A stretch of 64,000 nt of DNA from Escherichia coli (GCF_024502345.1 NZ_JALDNN010000001.1); one strand, 5' to 3'; counted from the stretch's first letter, positions 33,378 through 46,865 are shown. Notes: generated by a model from the sequence alone, not told the origin. Program-made: numbers and translations.

Positions 33378-33641
33378 AACATCCCTCTTAAATCAATCTA
33401 AAACTAATGCTAAATATTTAAAATATTGATGATTCGGTAGAATGCATATTAAAAGGAGGAAGAGCGCCTGGCTCTCCCTCACGTGCTGTTAAAAAAGTTG
33501 AACTAAAAATGATAGATAGTAACAACGCTACGCTGACAGCCACTCTTCCCATGTCGACATTCCTGAATGTATTCCCTTTTTCTTCATTCCAACAGAAATG
33601 GTATTCGACATAAATCGCTAACAGCGTGCGAAATCATACTA

Positions 33642-34124
33642 TTACGGCTCGAACGGGCGTCTCTGGAACTGGTCATGACCACATTTCGGGCATAGCGTCA
33701 GCACTTCCGGTGTGTAGATCGGGAGATGGAAGTGACATTTCTCGCAGACCAGATTTCCCAGCCCGACCACTTCTCCGCTGTGATAAACCCCATGATGATT
33801 GAGGTCCTGGAAAACTTCGCGCCATTCAAGCTGCGTTTTATCGGTGATGTCTGCCAGCTCCTGCCACAAGCTTTCTTTAATCACCCGCATAAAGACGCTG
33901 TCAGATTCTTCTTTCAGGCTCTCTTCATAGCTCATGGCGAACTCTTCCAGGTCACGTCTGACAGCTCGCGTCAGCTCATCGACCTCGGTTCGCGTTAACT
34001 CCCCTGTTTTTATTACGCGCTCGCGCGCCTGTTCCACCAGTGCGTCGATATCACGTTCGCCATTGCGCAGGCGTTCGCTCAGTGACGCAACCAGTTCACG
34101 GTAATATTGAGCAACCTTGTTCAT
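33642..34124 (-). CDS. ybeL: Conserved protein YbeL (DUF1451, zinc-ribbon C-terminus)
   Basis: 160 aa; C-terminal CxxC...CxxC pairs (CEKCHFH...CPKCGH). Confidence 0.88.
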   Translation of the reverse strand: MNKVAQYYRELVASLSERLRNGERDIDALVEQARERVIKTGELTRTEVDELTRAVRRDLEEFAMSYEESLKEESDSVFMRVIKESLWQELADITDKTQLEWREVFQDLNHHGVYHSGEVVGLGNLVCEKCHFHLPIYTPEVLTLCPKCGHDQFQRRPFEP

Positions 34125-34358
34125 CGTTTCATCTCCCGGGTCGTTAACTGACTATAATAATAGACGTTCTTTGTTCCTTGCTTTGCTAATACGCCCACAA
34201 ACTCTGTAAATTAATGTATGAATAATCCGGGCATCATTTCAACGTCGAGTGCGCGAAAGGCTGTTTTGACGCGGACGTTTGGGCTATGCTATGCGGATCT
34301 GAAAAACCACCTCAACGCTACATTTGTAGCCGTATTGAAAACAGGACCACTGGCTGCC

Positions 34359-36941
34359 ATGCAAGAGCAATACCGCCCGGAAGAGATAGAATCCAAAGTA
34401 CAGCTTCATTGGGATGAGAAGCGCACATTTGAAGTAACCGAAGACGAGAGCAAAGAGAAGTATTACTGCCTGTCTATGCTTCCCTATCCTTCTGGTCGAC
34501 TACACATGGGCCACGTACGTAACTACACCATCGGTGACGTGATCGCCCGCTACCAGCGTATGCTGGGCAAAAACGTCCTGCAGCCGATCGGCTGGGACGC
34601 GTTTGGTCTGCCTGCGGAAGGCGCGGCGGTGAAAAACAACACCGCTCCGGCACCGTGGACGTACGACAACATCGCGTATATGAAAAACCAGCTCAAAATG
34701 CTGGGCTTTGGTTATGACTGGAGCCGCGAGCTGGCAACCTGTACGCCGGAATACTACCGTTGGGAACAGAAATTCTTCACCGAGCTGTATAAAAAAGGCC
34801 TGGTATATAAGAAGACTTCTGCGGTCAACTGGTGCCCGAACGACCAGACCGTACTGGCGAACGAACAAGTTATCGACGGCTGCTGCTGGCGCTGCGATAC
34901 CAAAGTTGAACGTAAAGAGATCCCGCAGTGGTTTATCAAAATCACTGCTTACGCTGACGAGCTGCTTAACGATCTGGATAAACTGGATCACTGGCCAGAC
35001 ACCGTTAAAACCATGCAGCGTAACTGGATCGGTCGTTCCGAAGGCGTGGAGATCACCTTCAACGTTAACGACTATGACAACACGCTGACCGTTTACACTA
35101 CCCGCCCGGACACCTTTATGGGTTGTACCTACCTGGCGGTAGCTGCGGGTCATCCGCTGGCGCAGAAAGCAGCGGAAAATAATCCTGAACTGGCGGCCTT
35201 TATTGACGAATGCCGTAACACCAAAGTTGCCGAAGCTGAAATGGCAACGATGGAGAAAAAAGGCGTCGATACTGGCTTTAAAGCTGTTCACCCATTAACG
35301 GGCGAAGAAATTCCCGTTTGGGCAGCAAACTTCGTATTGATGGAGTACGGCACGGGCGCAGTTATGGCGGTTCCGGGTCACGACCAGCGCGACTACGAGT
35401 TTGCCTCTAAATACGGCCTGAACATCAAACCGGTTATCCTGGCAGCTGACGGCTCTGAGCCAGATCTTTCTCAGCAAGCCCTGACTGAAAAAGGCGTGCT
35501 GTTCAACTCTGGCGAGTTCAACGGTCTTGACCATGAAGCGGCCTTCAACGCCATCGCCGATAAACTGACTGCGATGGGCGTTGGCGAGCGTAAAGTGAAC
35601 TACCGCCTGCGCGACTGGGGTGTTTCTCGTCAGCGTTACTGGGGCGCGCCGATTCCGATGGTGACGCTGGAAGACGGTACCGTAATGCCGACCCCGGACG
35701 ACCAGCTGCCGGTGATCCTGCCGGAAGATGTGGTGATGGACGGCATTACCAGCCCGATTAAAGCAGATCCGGAGTGGGCAAAAACTACCGTTAACGGTAT
35801 GCCAGCGCTGCGTGAAACCGACACTTTCGACACCTTTATGGAGTCCTCCTGGTACTATGCGCGCTACACTTGCCCAGAGTACAAAGAAGGTATGCTGGAT
35901 TCCGAAGCGGCTAACTACTGGCTGCCGGTGGATATCTACATTGGTGGTATCGAACACGCCATTATGCACCTGCTCTACTTCCGCTTCTTCCACAAACTGA
36001 TGCGTGATGCAGGCATGGTGAACTCTGACGAACCAGCGAAACAGTTGCTGTGTCAGGGTATGGTGCTGGCAGATGCCTTCTACTATGTTGGCGAAAACGG
36101 CGAACGTAACTGGGTTTCCCCGGTTGATGCTATCGTTGAACGTGACGAGAAAGGCCGTATCGTGAAAGCGAAAGATGCGGCAGGCCATGAACTGGTTTAT
36201 ACCGGCATGAGCAAAATGTCCAAGTCGAAGAACAACGGTATCGACCCGCAGGTGATGGTTGAACGTTACGGCGCGGACACCGTTCGTCTGTTTATGATGT
36301 TTGCTTCTCCGGCTGATATGACTCTCGAATGGCAGGAATCCGGTGTGGAAGGGGCTAACCGCTTCCTGAAACGTGTCTGGAAACTGGTTTACGAGCACAC
36401 AGCAAAAGGTGATGTTGCGGCACTGAACGTTGATGCGCTGACTGAAGATCAGAAAGCGCTGCGTCGCGATGTGCATAAAACGATCGCTAAAGTGACCGAT
36501 GATATCGGCCGTCGTCAGACCTTCAACACCGCAATTGCGGCGATTATGGAGCTGATGAACAAACTGGCGAAAGCACCAACCGATGGCGAGCAGGATCGCG
36601 CTCTGATGCAGGAAGCGCTGCTGGCCGTTGTCCGTATGCTTAACCCGTTCACCCCGCACATCTGCTTCACGCTGTGGCAGGAACTGAAAGGCGAAGGCGA
36701 TATCGACAACGCGCCGTGGCCGGTTGCTGACGAAAAAGCGATGGTGGAAGACTCCACGCTGGTCGTGGTGCAGGTTAACGGTAAAGTCCGTGCCAAAATC
36801 ACCGTTCCGGTGGACGCAACGGAAGAACAGGTTCGCGAACGTGCTGGCCAGGAACATCTGGTAGCAAAATATCTTGATGGCGTTACCGTGCGTAAAGTGA
36901 TTTACGTACCAGGCAAACTCCTCAATCTGGTCGTTGGCTAA
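34359..36941 (+). CDS. leuS: Leucyl-tRNA synthetase
   Basis: 860 aa from internal Met (MQEQYRPEE...); HMGH and KMSKS motifs; ORF track start at 34218 is a 47-codon extension. Confidence 0.96.
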
Positions 36942-36955
36942 GCGCGGGAGGAAGC

Positions 36956-37537
36956 GTGCGATATCTGGCAACATTGTTGTTATCTCTGGCGGTGTTAATC
37001 ACCGCCGGGTGTGGCTGGCATCTGCGTGATACCACGCAGGTTCCTTCCACTATGAAGGTCATGATCCTGGACTCAGGCGATCCGAACGGGCCATTAAGCC
37101 GTGCGGTGCGTAACCAGTTACGTCTGAATGGTGTCGAGTTGCTTGATAAAGAAACCACGCGTAAGGACGTTCCATCCCTGCGTTTGGGTAAAGTGAGCAT
37201 CGCGAAAGATACCGCATCGGTATTCCGTAACGGTCAAACAGCAGAGTATCAGATGATCATGACGGTGAATGCGACCGTGTTGATCCCCGGCCGTGATATC
37301 TACCCGATTAGCGCCAAAGTCTTCCGTTCGTTCTTTGATAACCCGCAAATGGCGTTAGCGAAAGATAACGAACAAGACATGATCGTAGAAGAGATGTACG
37401 ACCGTGCTGCCGAACAGCTGATTCGTAAGCTGCCAAGCATCCGTGCTGCGGATATTCGTTCCGACGAAGAACAGACGTCGACCACAACGGATACTCCGGC
37501 AACGCCTGCACGCGTCTCCACCACGCTGGGTAACTGA
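36956..37537 (+). CDS. lptE: LPS assembly lipoprotein LptE
   Basis: 193 aa; GTG start; lipobox ITAGC. Confidence 0.92.
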   Translation: MRYLATLLLSLAVLITAGCGWHLRDTTQVPSTMKVMILDSGDPNGPLSRAVRNQLRLNGVELLDKETTRKDVPSLRLGKVSIAKDTASVFRNGQTAEYQMIMTVNATVLIPGRDIYPISAKVFRSFFDNPQMALAKDNEQDMIVEEMYDRAAEQLIRKLPSIRAADIRSDEEQTSTTTDTPATPARVSTTLGN

Positions 37538-38568
37538 TGATTCGGTTGTACCCGGAACAACTCCGCGCGCAGCTCAATGAAGGGCTGCGCGCGGCGTATC
37601 TTTTACTTGGTAACGATCCTCTGTTATTGCAGGAAAGCCAGGACGCTGTTCGTCAGGTAGCTGCGGCACAAGGATTCGAAGAACACCACACTTTTTCCAT
37701 TGATCCCAACACTGACTGGAATGCGATCTTTTCGTTATGCCAGGCTATGAGTCTGTTTGCCAGTCGACAAACGCTATTGCTGTTGTTACCAGAAAACGGA
37801 CCGAATGCGGCGATCAATGAACAACTTCTCACACTCACCGGACTTCTGCATGACGACCTGCTGTTGATCGTCCGCGGCAATAAATTAAGCAAAGCGCAAG
37901 AAAATGCAGCCTGGTTTACTGCTCTTGCGAATCGCAGCGTGCAGGTGACCTGTCAGACGCCGGAGCAGGCTCAGCTTCCCCGCTGGGTTGCTGCGCGCGC
38001 AAAACAGCTCAACTTAGAACTGGATGACGCTGCAAATCAGGTGCTCTGCTACTGTTATGAAGGTAACCTGCTGGCGCTGGCCCAGGCACTGGAGCGTTTA
38101 TCGCTGCTCTGGCCAGACGGCAAACTGACATTACCGCGCGTTGAACAGGCGGTGAATGATGCCGCGCATTTCACCCCTTTTCATTGGGTTGATGCTTTGT
38201 TGATGGGAAAAAGTAAGCGCGCATTGCATATTCTTCAGCAACTGCGTCTGGAAGGCAGCGAACCGGTTATTTTGTTGCGCACATTACAACGTGAACTCTT
38301 GTTACTGGTTAACCTGAAACGCCAGTCTGCCCATACGCCACTGCGTGCGTTGTTTGATAAGCATCGGGTATGGCAGAACCGCCGGGGCATGATGGGCGAG
38401 GCGTTAAATCGCTTAAGTCAGCCGCAGTTACGTCAGGCCGTGCAACTCCTGACACGAACGGAACTCACCCTCAAACAAGATTACGGTCAGTCAGTGTGGG
38501 CAGAGCTGGAAGGGTTATCTCTTCTGTTGTGCCATAAACCCCTGGCGGACGTATTTATCGACGGTTGA
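37537..38568 (+). CDS. holA: DNA polymerase III delta subunit
   Basis: 343 aa; start overlaps lptE stop. Confidence 0.92.
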   Translation: MIRLYPEQLRAQLNEGLRAAYLLLGNDPLLLQESQDAVRQVAAAQGFEEHHTFSIDPNTDWNAIFSLCQAMSLFASRQTLLLLLPENGPNAAINEQLLTLTGLLHDDLLLIVRGNKLSKAQENAAWFTALANRSVQVTCQTPEQAQLPRWVAARAKQLNLELDDAANQVLCYCYEGNLLALAQALERLSLLWPDGKLTLPRVEQAVNDAAHFTPFHWVDALLMGKSKRALHILQQLRLEGSEPVILLRTLQRELLLLVNLKRQSAHTPLRALFDKHRVWQNRRGMMGEALNRLSQPQLRQAVQLLTRTELTLKQDYGQSVWAELEGLSLLLCHKPLADVFIDG

Positions 38569-38569
38569 T

Positions 38570-39211
38570 ATGAAATCTTTACAGGCTCTGTTTGGCGGCA
38601 CCTTTGATCCGGTGCACTATGGTCATCTTAAACCCGTGGAAACGCTGGCGAATTTGATTGGTCTGACGCGGGTCACAATCATCCCTAATAATGTTCCTCC
38701 TCATCGTCCCCAGCCGGAAGCGAACAGCGTACAGCGTAAACACATGCTTGAACTGGCGATTGCCGACAAGCCATTATTTACTCTTGATGAACGAGAGCTA
38801 AAGCGCAATGCCCCCTCTTACACTGCGCAAACACTGAAAGAGTGGCGGCAGGAACAAGGGCCGGACGTGCCGCTGGCGTTTATTATTGGTCAGGATTCAT
38901 TGCTGACCTTTCCGACCTGGTACGAATACGAAACGATACTCGACAATGCACATTTGATCGTCTGTCGGCGTCCAGGTTACCCACTTGAAATGGCGCAACC
39001 GCAATACCAGCAATGGCTGGAAGATCATTTGACACATAACCCGGAAGATCTTCACCTTCAGCCTGCCGGTAAAATTTATCTGGCTGAAACGCCGTGGTTT
39101 AACATCTCGGCGACCATCATCCGCGAACGTTTGCAAAACGGTGAATCATGTGATGATTTATTGCCGGAACCGGTACTGACTTACATTAACCAACAAGGCT
39201 TGTATCGCTGA
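38570..39211 (+). CDS. nadD: Nicotinate-mononucleotide adenylyltransferase
   Basis: 213 aa; [11 protein letters not shown] nucleotidyltransferase motif. Confidence 0.95.
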   Translation: MKSLQALFGGTFDPVHYGHLKPVETLANLIGLTRVTIIPNNVPPHRPQPEANSVQRKHMLELAIADKPLFTLDERELKRNAPSYTAQTLKEWRQEQGPDVPLAFIIGQDSLLTFPTWYEYETILDNAHLIVCRRPGYPLEMAQPQYQQWLEDHLTHNPEDLHLQPAGKIYLAETPWFNISATIIRERLQNGESCDDLLPEPVLTYINQQGLYR

Positions 39212-39231
39212 TACCTGTCGTTACGGAGGGC

Positions 39232-39846
39232 ATGATGCGACTGTGGTTAATTCGTCATGGCGAAACACAAGCGAATGTCGATGGTCTGTACAGCGGTCAT
39301 GCGCCCACACCCCTGACCGCGCGCGGTATTGAGCAAGCGCAAAATCTGCATACACTGCTAGATGATGTTTCCTTTGACCTGGTTTTATGCAGTGAACTGG
39401 AACGGGCACAGCATACCGCGCGACTGGTTCTCAGTGACCGCCAGCTCCCCGTTCATATCATCCCTGAACTCAACGAAATGTTTTTTGGCGACTGGGAGAT
39501 GCGACATCATCGCGACCTCATGCAAGAAGATGCCGAAAACTATAGCGCGTGGTGCAATGACTGGCAGCATGCTATCCCCACGAACGGTGAAGGATTTCAG
39601 GCATTTTCGCAACGTGTGGAACGCTTTATCGCAAGGCTTAGTGAATATCAGCACTATCAGAATATTTTAATCGTCAGCCATCAGGGCGTACTGAGTCTGT
39701 TAATTGCTCGTTTAATTGGCATGCCTGCCGAGTCTATGTGGCATTTTCGCGTTGACCAGGGGTGTTGGAGCGCCATTGATATCAACCAAAAATTCGCGAC
39801 GCTACGCGTCCTCAATAGCCGTGCCATCGGGGTCGAGAATGCATGA
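39232..39846 (+). CDS. cobC: Histidine-phosphatase family protein CobC/PhpB (alpha-ribazole phosphatase)
   Basis: ~203 aa; RHGET catalytic motif; start could be 39232 or 39235. Confidence 0.88.
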   Translation: MMRLWLIRHGETQANVDGLYSGHAPTPLTARGIEQAQNLHTLLDDVSFDLVLCSELERAQHTARLVLSDRQLPVHIIPELNEMFFGDWEMRHHRDLMQEDAENYSAWCNDWQHAIPTNGEGFQAFSQRVERFIARLSEYQHYQNILIVSHQGVLSLLIARLIGMPAESMWHFRVDQGCWSAIDINQKFATLRVLNSRAIGVENA

Positions 39847-40087
39847 CTTTTCTGTTTTTTTACGGGTAAGCCGCAACGACCATTGACAGCCCCGGGCAGG
39901 CTGATATTCTCCGCAGCCAGACTTTTTCCGCCAGACACGACTTTGTAGAAATTGTTTTACAAAAATGGCGATGCAATCTGCGGCGCGGGGTGAGATGATA
40001 GCCCACTTTCGAAAGCCGATTCGGCGACAATTGTCCCGAAATCGCCTCTGGTTCAGGTATACTGACAGACCATTTTTATCTATTTGA

Positions 40088-40423
<336 letters not shown>

Positions 40424-40426
40424 TGC

Positions 40427-40894
40427 GTGAAGCTGCAACTTGTCGCCGTGGGAACGAAAATGCCGGACTGGGTACAAACCGGTTTTACCGAGTACCTGCG
40501 TCGTTTTCCGAAAGATATGCCCTTCGAGCTGATTGAAATTCCGGCCGGAAAACGCGGCAAGAATGCGGACATCAAGCGCATACTCGACAAAGAGGGTGAG
40601 CAGATGTTGGCGGCCGCAGGCAAAAACCGCATTGTCACCCTCGATATTCCAGGCAAGCCCTGGGATACGCCGCAGTTAGCCGCTGAGCTGGAACGCTGGA
40701 AGCTGGATGGTCGCGACGTCAGTCTACTGATTGGCGGGCCTGAAGGGTTGTCGCCTGCCTGTAAAGCGGCGGCTGAGCAGAGCTGGTCGCTGTCGGCGCT
40801 TACCCTCCCCCATCCGCTGGTTCGCGTGCTGGTCGCAGAGAGTCTGTACCGGGCGTGGAGCATCACCACCAACCATCCTTATCACCGTGAGTGA
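40427..40894 (+). CDS. rlmH: 23S rRNA (pseudouridine1915-N3)-methyltransferase RlmH
   Basis: 155 aa; SPOUT family; GTG start. Confidence 0.92.
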
Positions 40895-40924
40895 TAAGGG
40901 AGCTTTGAGTAGAAAACGCAGCGG

Positions 40925-42826
40925 ATGAAACTACAGAACTCTTTTCGCGACTATACGGCAGAGTCCGCGCTGTTTGTGCGCCGGGCGCTGGTCGCCTTTT
41001 TGGGGATTTTGCTGCTGACCGGCGTGCTTATCGCCAACCTGTATAATCTGCAAATTGTTCGCTTTACCGATTACCAGACCCGCTCTAATGAAAACCGCAT
41101 TAAGCTGGTGCCTATCGCGCCCAGCCGCGGCATTATCTACGACCGTAATGGTATCCCTCTGGCTCTCAACCGCACTATCTACCAGATAGAAATGATGCCG
41201 GAGAAAGTCGATAACGTGCAGCAAACGCTGGACGCTTTGCGCAGCGTGGTTGATCTGACCGATGACGATATTGCTGCATTCCGAAAAGAGCGCGCACGTT
41301 CACACCGTTTCACCTCCATTCCGGTGAAAACTAACCTGACCGAAGTACAAGTAGCTCGCTTTGCCGTCAATCAGTACCGTTTTCCGGGCGTCGAAGTTAA
41401 AGGCTATAAACGTCGTTACTATCCTTACGGTTCGGCGTTGACCCACGTCATCGGCTATGTGTCGAAAATCAACGATAAAGACGTCGAACGCCTGAATAAT
41501 GACGGCAAACTGGCCAACTATGCGGCAACGCATGATATCGGTAAGCTGGGCATTGAGCGTTACTATGAAGACGTGCTGCACGGTCAGACCGGTTATGAAG
41601 AGGTTGAAGTTAACAACCGTGGGCGTGTTATCCGCCAGTTAAAAGAAGTACCACCGCAAGCCGGACACGATATTTACCTGACGCTGGATCTCAAACTCCA
41701 GCAATATATTGAAACGCTGCTGGCGGGTAGCCGCGCAGCTGTGGTAGTCACCGATCCGCGTACAGGTGGGGTGCTGGCGCTGGTTTCCACGCCTAGTTAT
41801 GACCCAAACCTGTTTGTTGACGGTATCTCCAGCAAAGATTATTCCGCCTTGCTGAATGACCCGAATACACCGCTGGTGAACCGCGCCACACAGGGGGTTT
41901 ATCCTCCCGCGTCTACAGTTAAACCCTATGTGGCGGTTTCGGCATTGAGCGCCGGGGTGATCACGCGCAATACGACGCTGTTTGACCCAGGCTGGTGGCA
42001 ACTGCCAGGTTCGGAAAAACGTTATCGTGACTGGAAAAAATGGGGCCACGGGCGTCTGAATGTCACAAGATCGCTGGAAGAATCTGCGGATACCTTCTTC
42101 TATCAGGTGGCCTACGATATGGGAATCGATCGCCTCTCCGAATGGATGGGTAAATTCGGTTATGGTCATTACACCGGTATCGACCTGGCGGAAGAACGTT
42201 CCGGCAACATGCCTACCCGCGAATGGAAACAGAAACGCTTTAAAAAACCGTGGTATCAGGGTGACACCATTCCGGTTGGTATCGGTCAGGGTTACTGGAC
42301 AGCGACCCCAATCCAGATGAGTAAGGCACTGATGATCCTGATTAATGACGGTATCGTGAAGGTTCCGCATTTGCTGATGAGCACCGCCGAAGACGGCAAA
42401 CAGGTGCCATGGGTACAGCCGCATGAACCGCCCGTCGGCGATATTCATTCCGGTTACTGGGAGCTGGCGAAAGACGGTATGTACGGTGTTGCTAACCGCC
42501 CTAACGGTACGGCGCATAAATACTTTGCCAGCGCACCGTACAAAATTGCGGCGAAATCTGGTACCGCTCAGGTCTTCGGTCTGAAAGCGAACGAAACCTA
42601 TAATGCGCACAAAATTGCCGAGCGTTTACGTGACCACAAACTGATGACCGCCTTTGCGCCATACAACAATCCGCAAGTGGCTATCGCCATGATTCTGGAG
42701 AACGGTGGCGCGGGTCCGGCGGTTGGTACGCTGATGCGCCAGATCCTCGACCACATTATGCTGGGTGATAACAACACCGATCTGCCTGCGGAAAATCCAG
42801 CGGTTGCTGCAGCGGAGGACCATTAA
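40925..42826 (+). CDS. mrdA: Penicillin-binding protein 2 (peptidoglycan D,D-transpeptidase)
   Basis: 633 aa; STVK active-site motif; N-terminal membrane anchor. Confidence 0.95.
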   Translation: MKLQNSFRDYTAESALFVRRALVAFLGILLLTGVLIANLYNLQIVRFTDYQTRSNENRIKLVPIAPSRGIIYDRNGIPLALNRTIYQIEMMPEKVDNVQQTLDALRSVVDLTDDDIAAFRKERARSHRFTSIPVKTNLTEVQVARFAVNQYRFPGVEVKGYKRRYYPYGSALTHVIGYVSKINDKDVERLNNDGKLANYAATHDIGKLGIERYYEDVLHGQTGYEEVEVNNRGRVIRQLKEVPPQAGHDIYLTLDLKLQQYIETLLAGSRAAVVVTDPRTGGVLALVSTPSYDPNLFVDGISSKDYSALLNDPNTPLVNRATQGVYPPASTVKPYVAVSALSAGVITRNTTLFDPGWWQLPGSEKRYRDWKKWGHGRLNVTRSLEESADTFFYQVAYDMGIDRLSEWMGKFGYGHYTGIDLAEERSGNMPTREWKQKRFKKPWYQGDTIPVGIGQGYWTATPIQMSKALMILINDGIVKVPHLLMSTAEDGKQVPWVQPHEPPVGDIHSGYWELAKDGMYGVANRPNGTAHKYFASAPYKIAAKSGTAQVFGLKANETYNAHKIAERLRDHKLMTAFAPYNNPQVAIAMILENGGAGPAVGTLMRQILDHIMLGDNNTDLPAENPAVAAAEDH

Positions 42827-42828
42827 TC

Positions 42829-43941
42829 ATGACGGATAATCCGAATAAAAAAACATTCTGGGATAAAGTCCATCTCGATCCCACAATGCTGCTGATTTTA
42901 CTGGCATTGCTGGTTTACAGCGCCCTGGTTATCTGGAGCGCCAGCGGTCAGGATATTGGCATGATGGAGCGTAAAATCGGCCAAATCGCGATGGGTCTGG
43001 TCATCATGGTGGTGATGGCGCAAATTCCTCCACGCGTTTATGAAGGCTGGGCCCCCTATCTCTATATCATCTGTATTATTTTGCTGGTGGCGGTAGATGC
43101 TTTCGGTGCCATCTCTAAAGGCGCTCAACGCTGGCTGGACCTCGGTATTGTTCGTTTTCAGCCGTCGGAAATTGCCAAAATAGCCGTACCACTGATGGTT
43201 GCGCGCTTTATCAACCGCGACGTTTGCCCGCCATCGTTGAAGAACACTGGCATCGCGCTGGTGCTGATATTTATGCCCACGCTGCTGGTGGCTGCACAGC
43301 CTGACCTGGGAACATCAATCCTCGTTGCGCTTTCCGGTCTGTTTGTACTGTTCCTCTCTGGCCTTAGCTGGCGTCTGATTGGCGTCGCAGTAGTGCTGGT
43401 AGCGGCGTTCATTCCGATTCTGTGGTTCTTCCTGATGCATGATTACCAGCGCCAGCGCGTAATGATGCTCCTGGACCCGGAATCAGACCCACTCGGCGCG
43501 GGCTATCACATTATTCAGTCTAAAATTGCTATTGGCTCCGGCGGATTACGCGGCAAAGGCTGGCTGCACGGCACTCAGTCACAGCTTGAATTTCTCCCCG
43601 AACGCCATACCGACTTTATCTTCGCGGTACTGGCGGAAGAGCTGGGATTAGTGGGCATTTTGATTCTGCTCGCTCTCTACATTCTGCTGATCATGCGCGG
43701 GCTGTGGATAGCCGCCAGAGCGCAAACCACCTTTGGTCGCGTAATGGCTGGCGGCTTAATGCTGATATTATTCGTTTATGTCTTCGTAAATATTGGTATG
43801 GTAAGCGGTATTCTGCCGGTTGTAGGGGTTCCGCTCCCACTGGTCAGTTATGGAGGATCGGCGCTAATTGTGCTGATGGCTGGGTTCGGGATTGTAATGT
43901 CAATCCACACCCACAGGAAAATGTTGTCGAAAAGCGTGTAA
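42829..43941 (+). CDS. mrdB: RodA, SEDS-family peptidoglycan glycosyltransferase
   Basis: 370 aa; polytopic membrane protein. Confidence 0.95.
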   Translation: MTDNPNKKTFWDKVHLDPTMLLILLALLVYSALVIWSASGQDIGMMERKIGQIAMGLVIMVVMAQIPPRVYEGWAPYLYIICIILLVAVDAFGAISKGAQRWLDLGIVRFQPSEIAKIAVPLMVARFINRDVCPPSLKNTGIALVLIFMPTLLVAAQPDLGTSILVALSGLFVLFLSGLSWRLIGVAVVLVAAFIPILWFFLMHDYQRQRVMMLLDPESDPLGAGYHIIQSKIAIGSGGLRGKGWLHGTQSQLEFLPERHTDFIFAVLAEELGLVGILILLALYILLIMRGLWIAARAQTTFGRVMAGGLMLILFVYVFVNIGMVSGILPVVGVPLPLVSYGGSALIVLMAGFGIVMSIHTHRKMLSKSV

Positions 43942-43951
43942 GAGGTGCGCA

Positions 43952-45040
43952 ATGCGTAAGCAGTGGCTCGGGATCTGCATCGCGGCAGGAATGCTCGCGG
44001 CATGTACAAGCGATGATGGTCAGCAACAGACGGTAAGTGTACCGCAGCCTGCGGTATGTAACGGCCCCATAGTTGAAATTAGCGGGGCGGACCCGCGTTT
44101 CGAACCACTGAACGCGACGGCAAATCAGGATTACCAGCGCGACGGTAAAAGCTACAAAATCGTGCAGGATCCGTCTCGATTTAGCCAGGCGGGACTGGCG
44201 GCAATCTATGATGCCGAACCAGGCAGTAACCTGACGGCCTCTGGCGAAGCTTTCGATCCGACACAGCTGACGGCGGCCCATCCAACGCTTCCGATCCCCA
44301 GCTACGCCAGAATCACTAACCTGGCTAACGGGCGAATGATCGTGGTGCGCATTAATGATCGCGGCCCTTACGGCAACGACCGCGTTATTTCGCTTTCTCG
44401 CGCGGCAGCTGACCGTCTTAACACGTCAAACAACACCAAAGTTCGTATCGATCCGATTATTGTCGCCCAGGATGGTTCGCTTTCTGGTCCTGGTATGGCT
44501 TGTACCACAGTCGCCAAACAGACTTACGCCCTGCCTGCACCTCCCGATTTAAGCGGTGGCGCGGGAACAAGTTCAGTGTCTGGCCCGCAGGGTGACATTC
44601 TTCCGGTCAGTAATTCGACGCTAAAAAGCGAAGATCCGACCGGCGCGCCGGTAACCAGCAGCGGTTTCCTCGGCGCACCAACGACCTTAGCGCCAGGTGT
44701 ACTGGAAGGCAGCGAACCGACGCCTGCGCCACAGCCCGTTGTTACAGCTCCGTCGACAACGCCTGCAACCTCGCCTGCAATGGTGACACCGCAAGCCGCC
44801 TCGCAAAGCGCCAGCGGCAACTTTATGGTGCAGGTCGGGGCCGTTAGCGATCAGGCTCGTGCGCAACAGTACCAACAGCAACTGGGACAGAAGTTCGGCG
44901 TCCCCGGTCGCGTAACTCAAAATGGCGCAGTCTGGCGGATCCAACTTGGCCCATTCGCCAGCAAAGCCGAAGCCAGTACCTTGCAGCAACGTTTGCAAAC
45001 CGAAGCCCAATTACAGTCATTTATTACCACCGCGCAGTAG
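43952..45040 (+). CDS. rlpA: Septal ring lytic transglycosylase RlpA (lipoprotein, SPOR domain)
   Basis: 362 aa; lipobox LAAC; Pro/Thr-rich linker; C-terminal SPOR domain. Confidence 0.92.
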   Translation: MRKQWLGICIAAGMLAACTSDDGQQQTVSVPQPAVCNGPIVEISGADPRFEPLNATANQDYQRDGKSYKIVQDPSRFSQAGLAAIYDAEPGSNLTASGEAFDPTQLTAAHPTLPIPSYARITNLANGRMIVVRINDRGPYGNDRVISLSRAAADRLNTSNNTKVRIDPIIVAQDGSLSGPGMACTTVAKQTYALPAPPDLSGGAGTSSVSGPQGDILPVSNSTLKSEDPTGAPVTSSGFLGAPTTLAPGVLEGSEPTPAPQPVVTAPSTTPATSPAMVTPQAASQSASGNFMVQVGAVSDQARAQQYQQQLGQKFGVPGRVTQNGAVWRIQLGPFASKAEASTLQQRLQTEAQLQSFITTAQ

Positions 45041-45179
45041 CGTAAAGCAGGCATCTGATGTGTCAATTTCTGTAAATGACGTTAACAAAGTCACGCGGAA
45101 AGTCAGATGCCTGCCGGTAGTGCATTTGCTATAGTAGGGCACTTTTTTTAATTCCATCACGGATGTCGTAGTTCAGACC

Positions 45180-46391
45180 ATGAATACCATTTTTTCCGCT
45201 CGTATCATGAAGCGCCTGGCGCTCACCACGGCTCTTTGCACAGCCTTTATCTCTGCTGCACATGCCGATGACCTGAATATCAAAACTATGATCCCGGGTG
45301 TACCGCAGATCGATGCGGAGTCCTACATCCTGATTGACTATAACTCCGGCAAAGTGCTCGCCGAACAGAACGCAGATGTCCGCCGCGATCCTGCCAGCCT
45401 GACCAAAATGATGACCAGTTACGTTATCGGCCAGGCAATGAAAGCCGGTAAATTTAAAGAAACTGATTTAGTCACTATCGGCAACGACGCATGGGCCACC
45501 GGTAACCCGGTGTTTAAAGGTTCTTCGCTGATGTTCCTCAAACCGGGCATGCAGGTTCCGGTTTCTCAGCTGATCCGCGGTATTAACCTGCAATCGGGTA
45601 ACGATGCTTGTGTCGCCATGGCTGATTTTGCCGCTGGTAGCCAGGACGCTTTTGTTGGCTTGATGAACAGCTACGTTAACGCCCTGGGCCTGAAAAACAC
45701 CCACTTCCAGACGGTACATGGTCTGGATGCTGATGGTCAGTACAGCTCCGCGCGAGATATGGCGCTGATCGGCCAGGCATTGATCCGTGACGTACCGAAT
45801 GAATACTCGATCTATAAAGAAAAAGAATTTACGTTTAACGGTATTCGCCAGCTGAACCGTAACGGCCTGTTATGGGATAACAGCCTGAATGTCGACGGCA
45901 TCAAAACCGGACACACTGACAAAGCGGGTTACAACCTTGTTGCTTCTGCGACTGAAGGCCAGATGCGCTTGATTTCTGCGGTGATGGGCGGACGTACTTT
46001 TAAAGGCCGTGAAGCCGAAAGTAAAAAACTGCTAACCTGGGGCTTCCGTTTCTTCGAAACCGTTAACCCACTGAAAGTAGGTAAAGAGTTCGCCTCTGAA
46101 CCGGTTTGGTTTGGTGATTCTGATCGCGCTTCGTTAGGGGTTGATAAAGACGTGTACCTGACCATTCCGCGTGGTCGCATGAAAGATCTGAAAGCCAGCT
46201 ATGTGCTGAACAGCAGTGAATTGCATGCGCCGCTGCAAAAGAATCAGGTCGTCGGAACTATCAACTTCCAGCTTGATGGCAAAACGATCGAGCAACGCCC
46301 GCTGGTTGTGTTGCAAGAAATCCCGGAAGGTAACTTCTTCGGCAAAATCATTGATTACATTAAATTAATGTTCCATCACTGGTTTGGTTAA
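45180..46391 (+). CDS. dacA: D-alanyl-D-alanine carboxypeptidase PBP5
   Basis: 403 aa; signal peptide; SLTK and SGN motifs. Confidence 0.95.
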
Positions 46392-46443
46392 AAATTGAAC
46401 ACTTGAAAGTGTAATTTCCGTCCCCATATACTAAGCATCAGTA

Positions 46444-46477
46444 AAAAAACTCCCGCCTTCTGGCGGGAGTTGCTATT
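46444..46477 (+). terminator. Intrinsic terminator after dacA
   Basis: aaaaaaactcccgcc-ttct-ggcgggagttgctattt. Confidence 0.6.
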
Positions 46478-46501
46478 TAATTACGTTACGCCGGAGCTGA
46501 C

Positions 46502-46765
46502 ATGAAAACCAAACTTAACGAACTGCTTGAATTCCCTACTCCTTTTACTTACAAAGTTATGGGGCAGGCGTTACCTGAGCTGGTTGATCAGGTGGTTGAA
46601 GTAGTACAGCGCCATGCGCCAGGTGACTACACCCCAACGGTAAAACCAAGCAGCAAAGGCAACTACCACTCGGTATCTATCACTATCAACGCCACTCATA
46701 TCGAGCAGGTTGAAACACTATATGAAGAACTGGGCAAAATCGATATTGTCCGCATGGTTCTGTAA
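46502..46765 (+). CDS. ybeD: Conserved protein YbeD (UPF0250)
   Basis: 87 aa. Confidence 0.9.
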
Positions 46766-46865
46766 CTCGCTTCTCCGTTACCCGGCTCCTGGTCGGGTAA
46801 CTCCCCCCTCCTCGCTGTGATATACTTTTCCCCCACTTTTACTCATTCTCCACGGAGATGCCGTT

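Noticed and set aside
34218-34358. N-terminal extensions in the ORF track (for example leuS from 34218, pgm from 3528, seqA from 4183, fldA from 5453, asnB from 17780, citF from 59535)
   Set aside because: Known protein lengths and conserved N-termini place the true starts at internal Met codons with better RBS context; the upstream portions are in-frame non-coding leader sequence.
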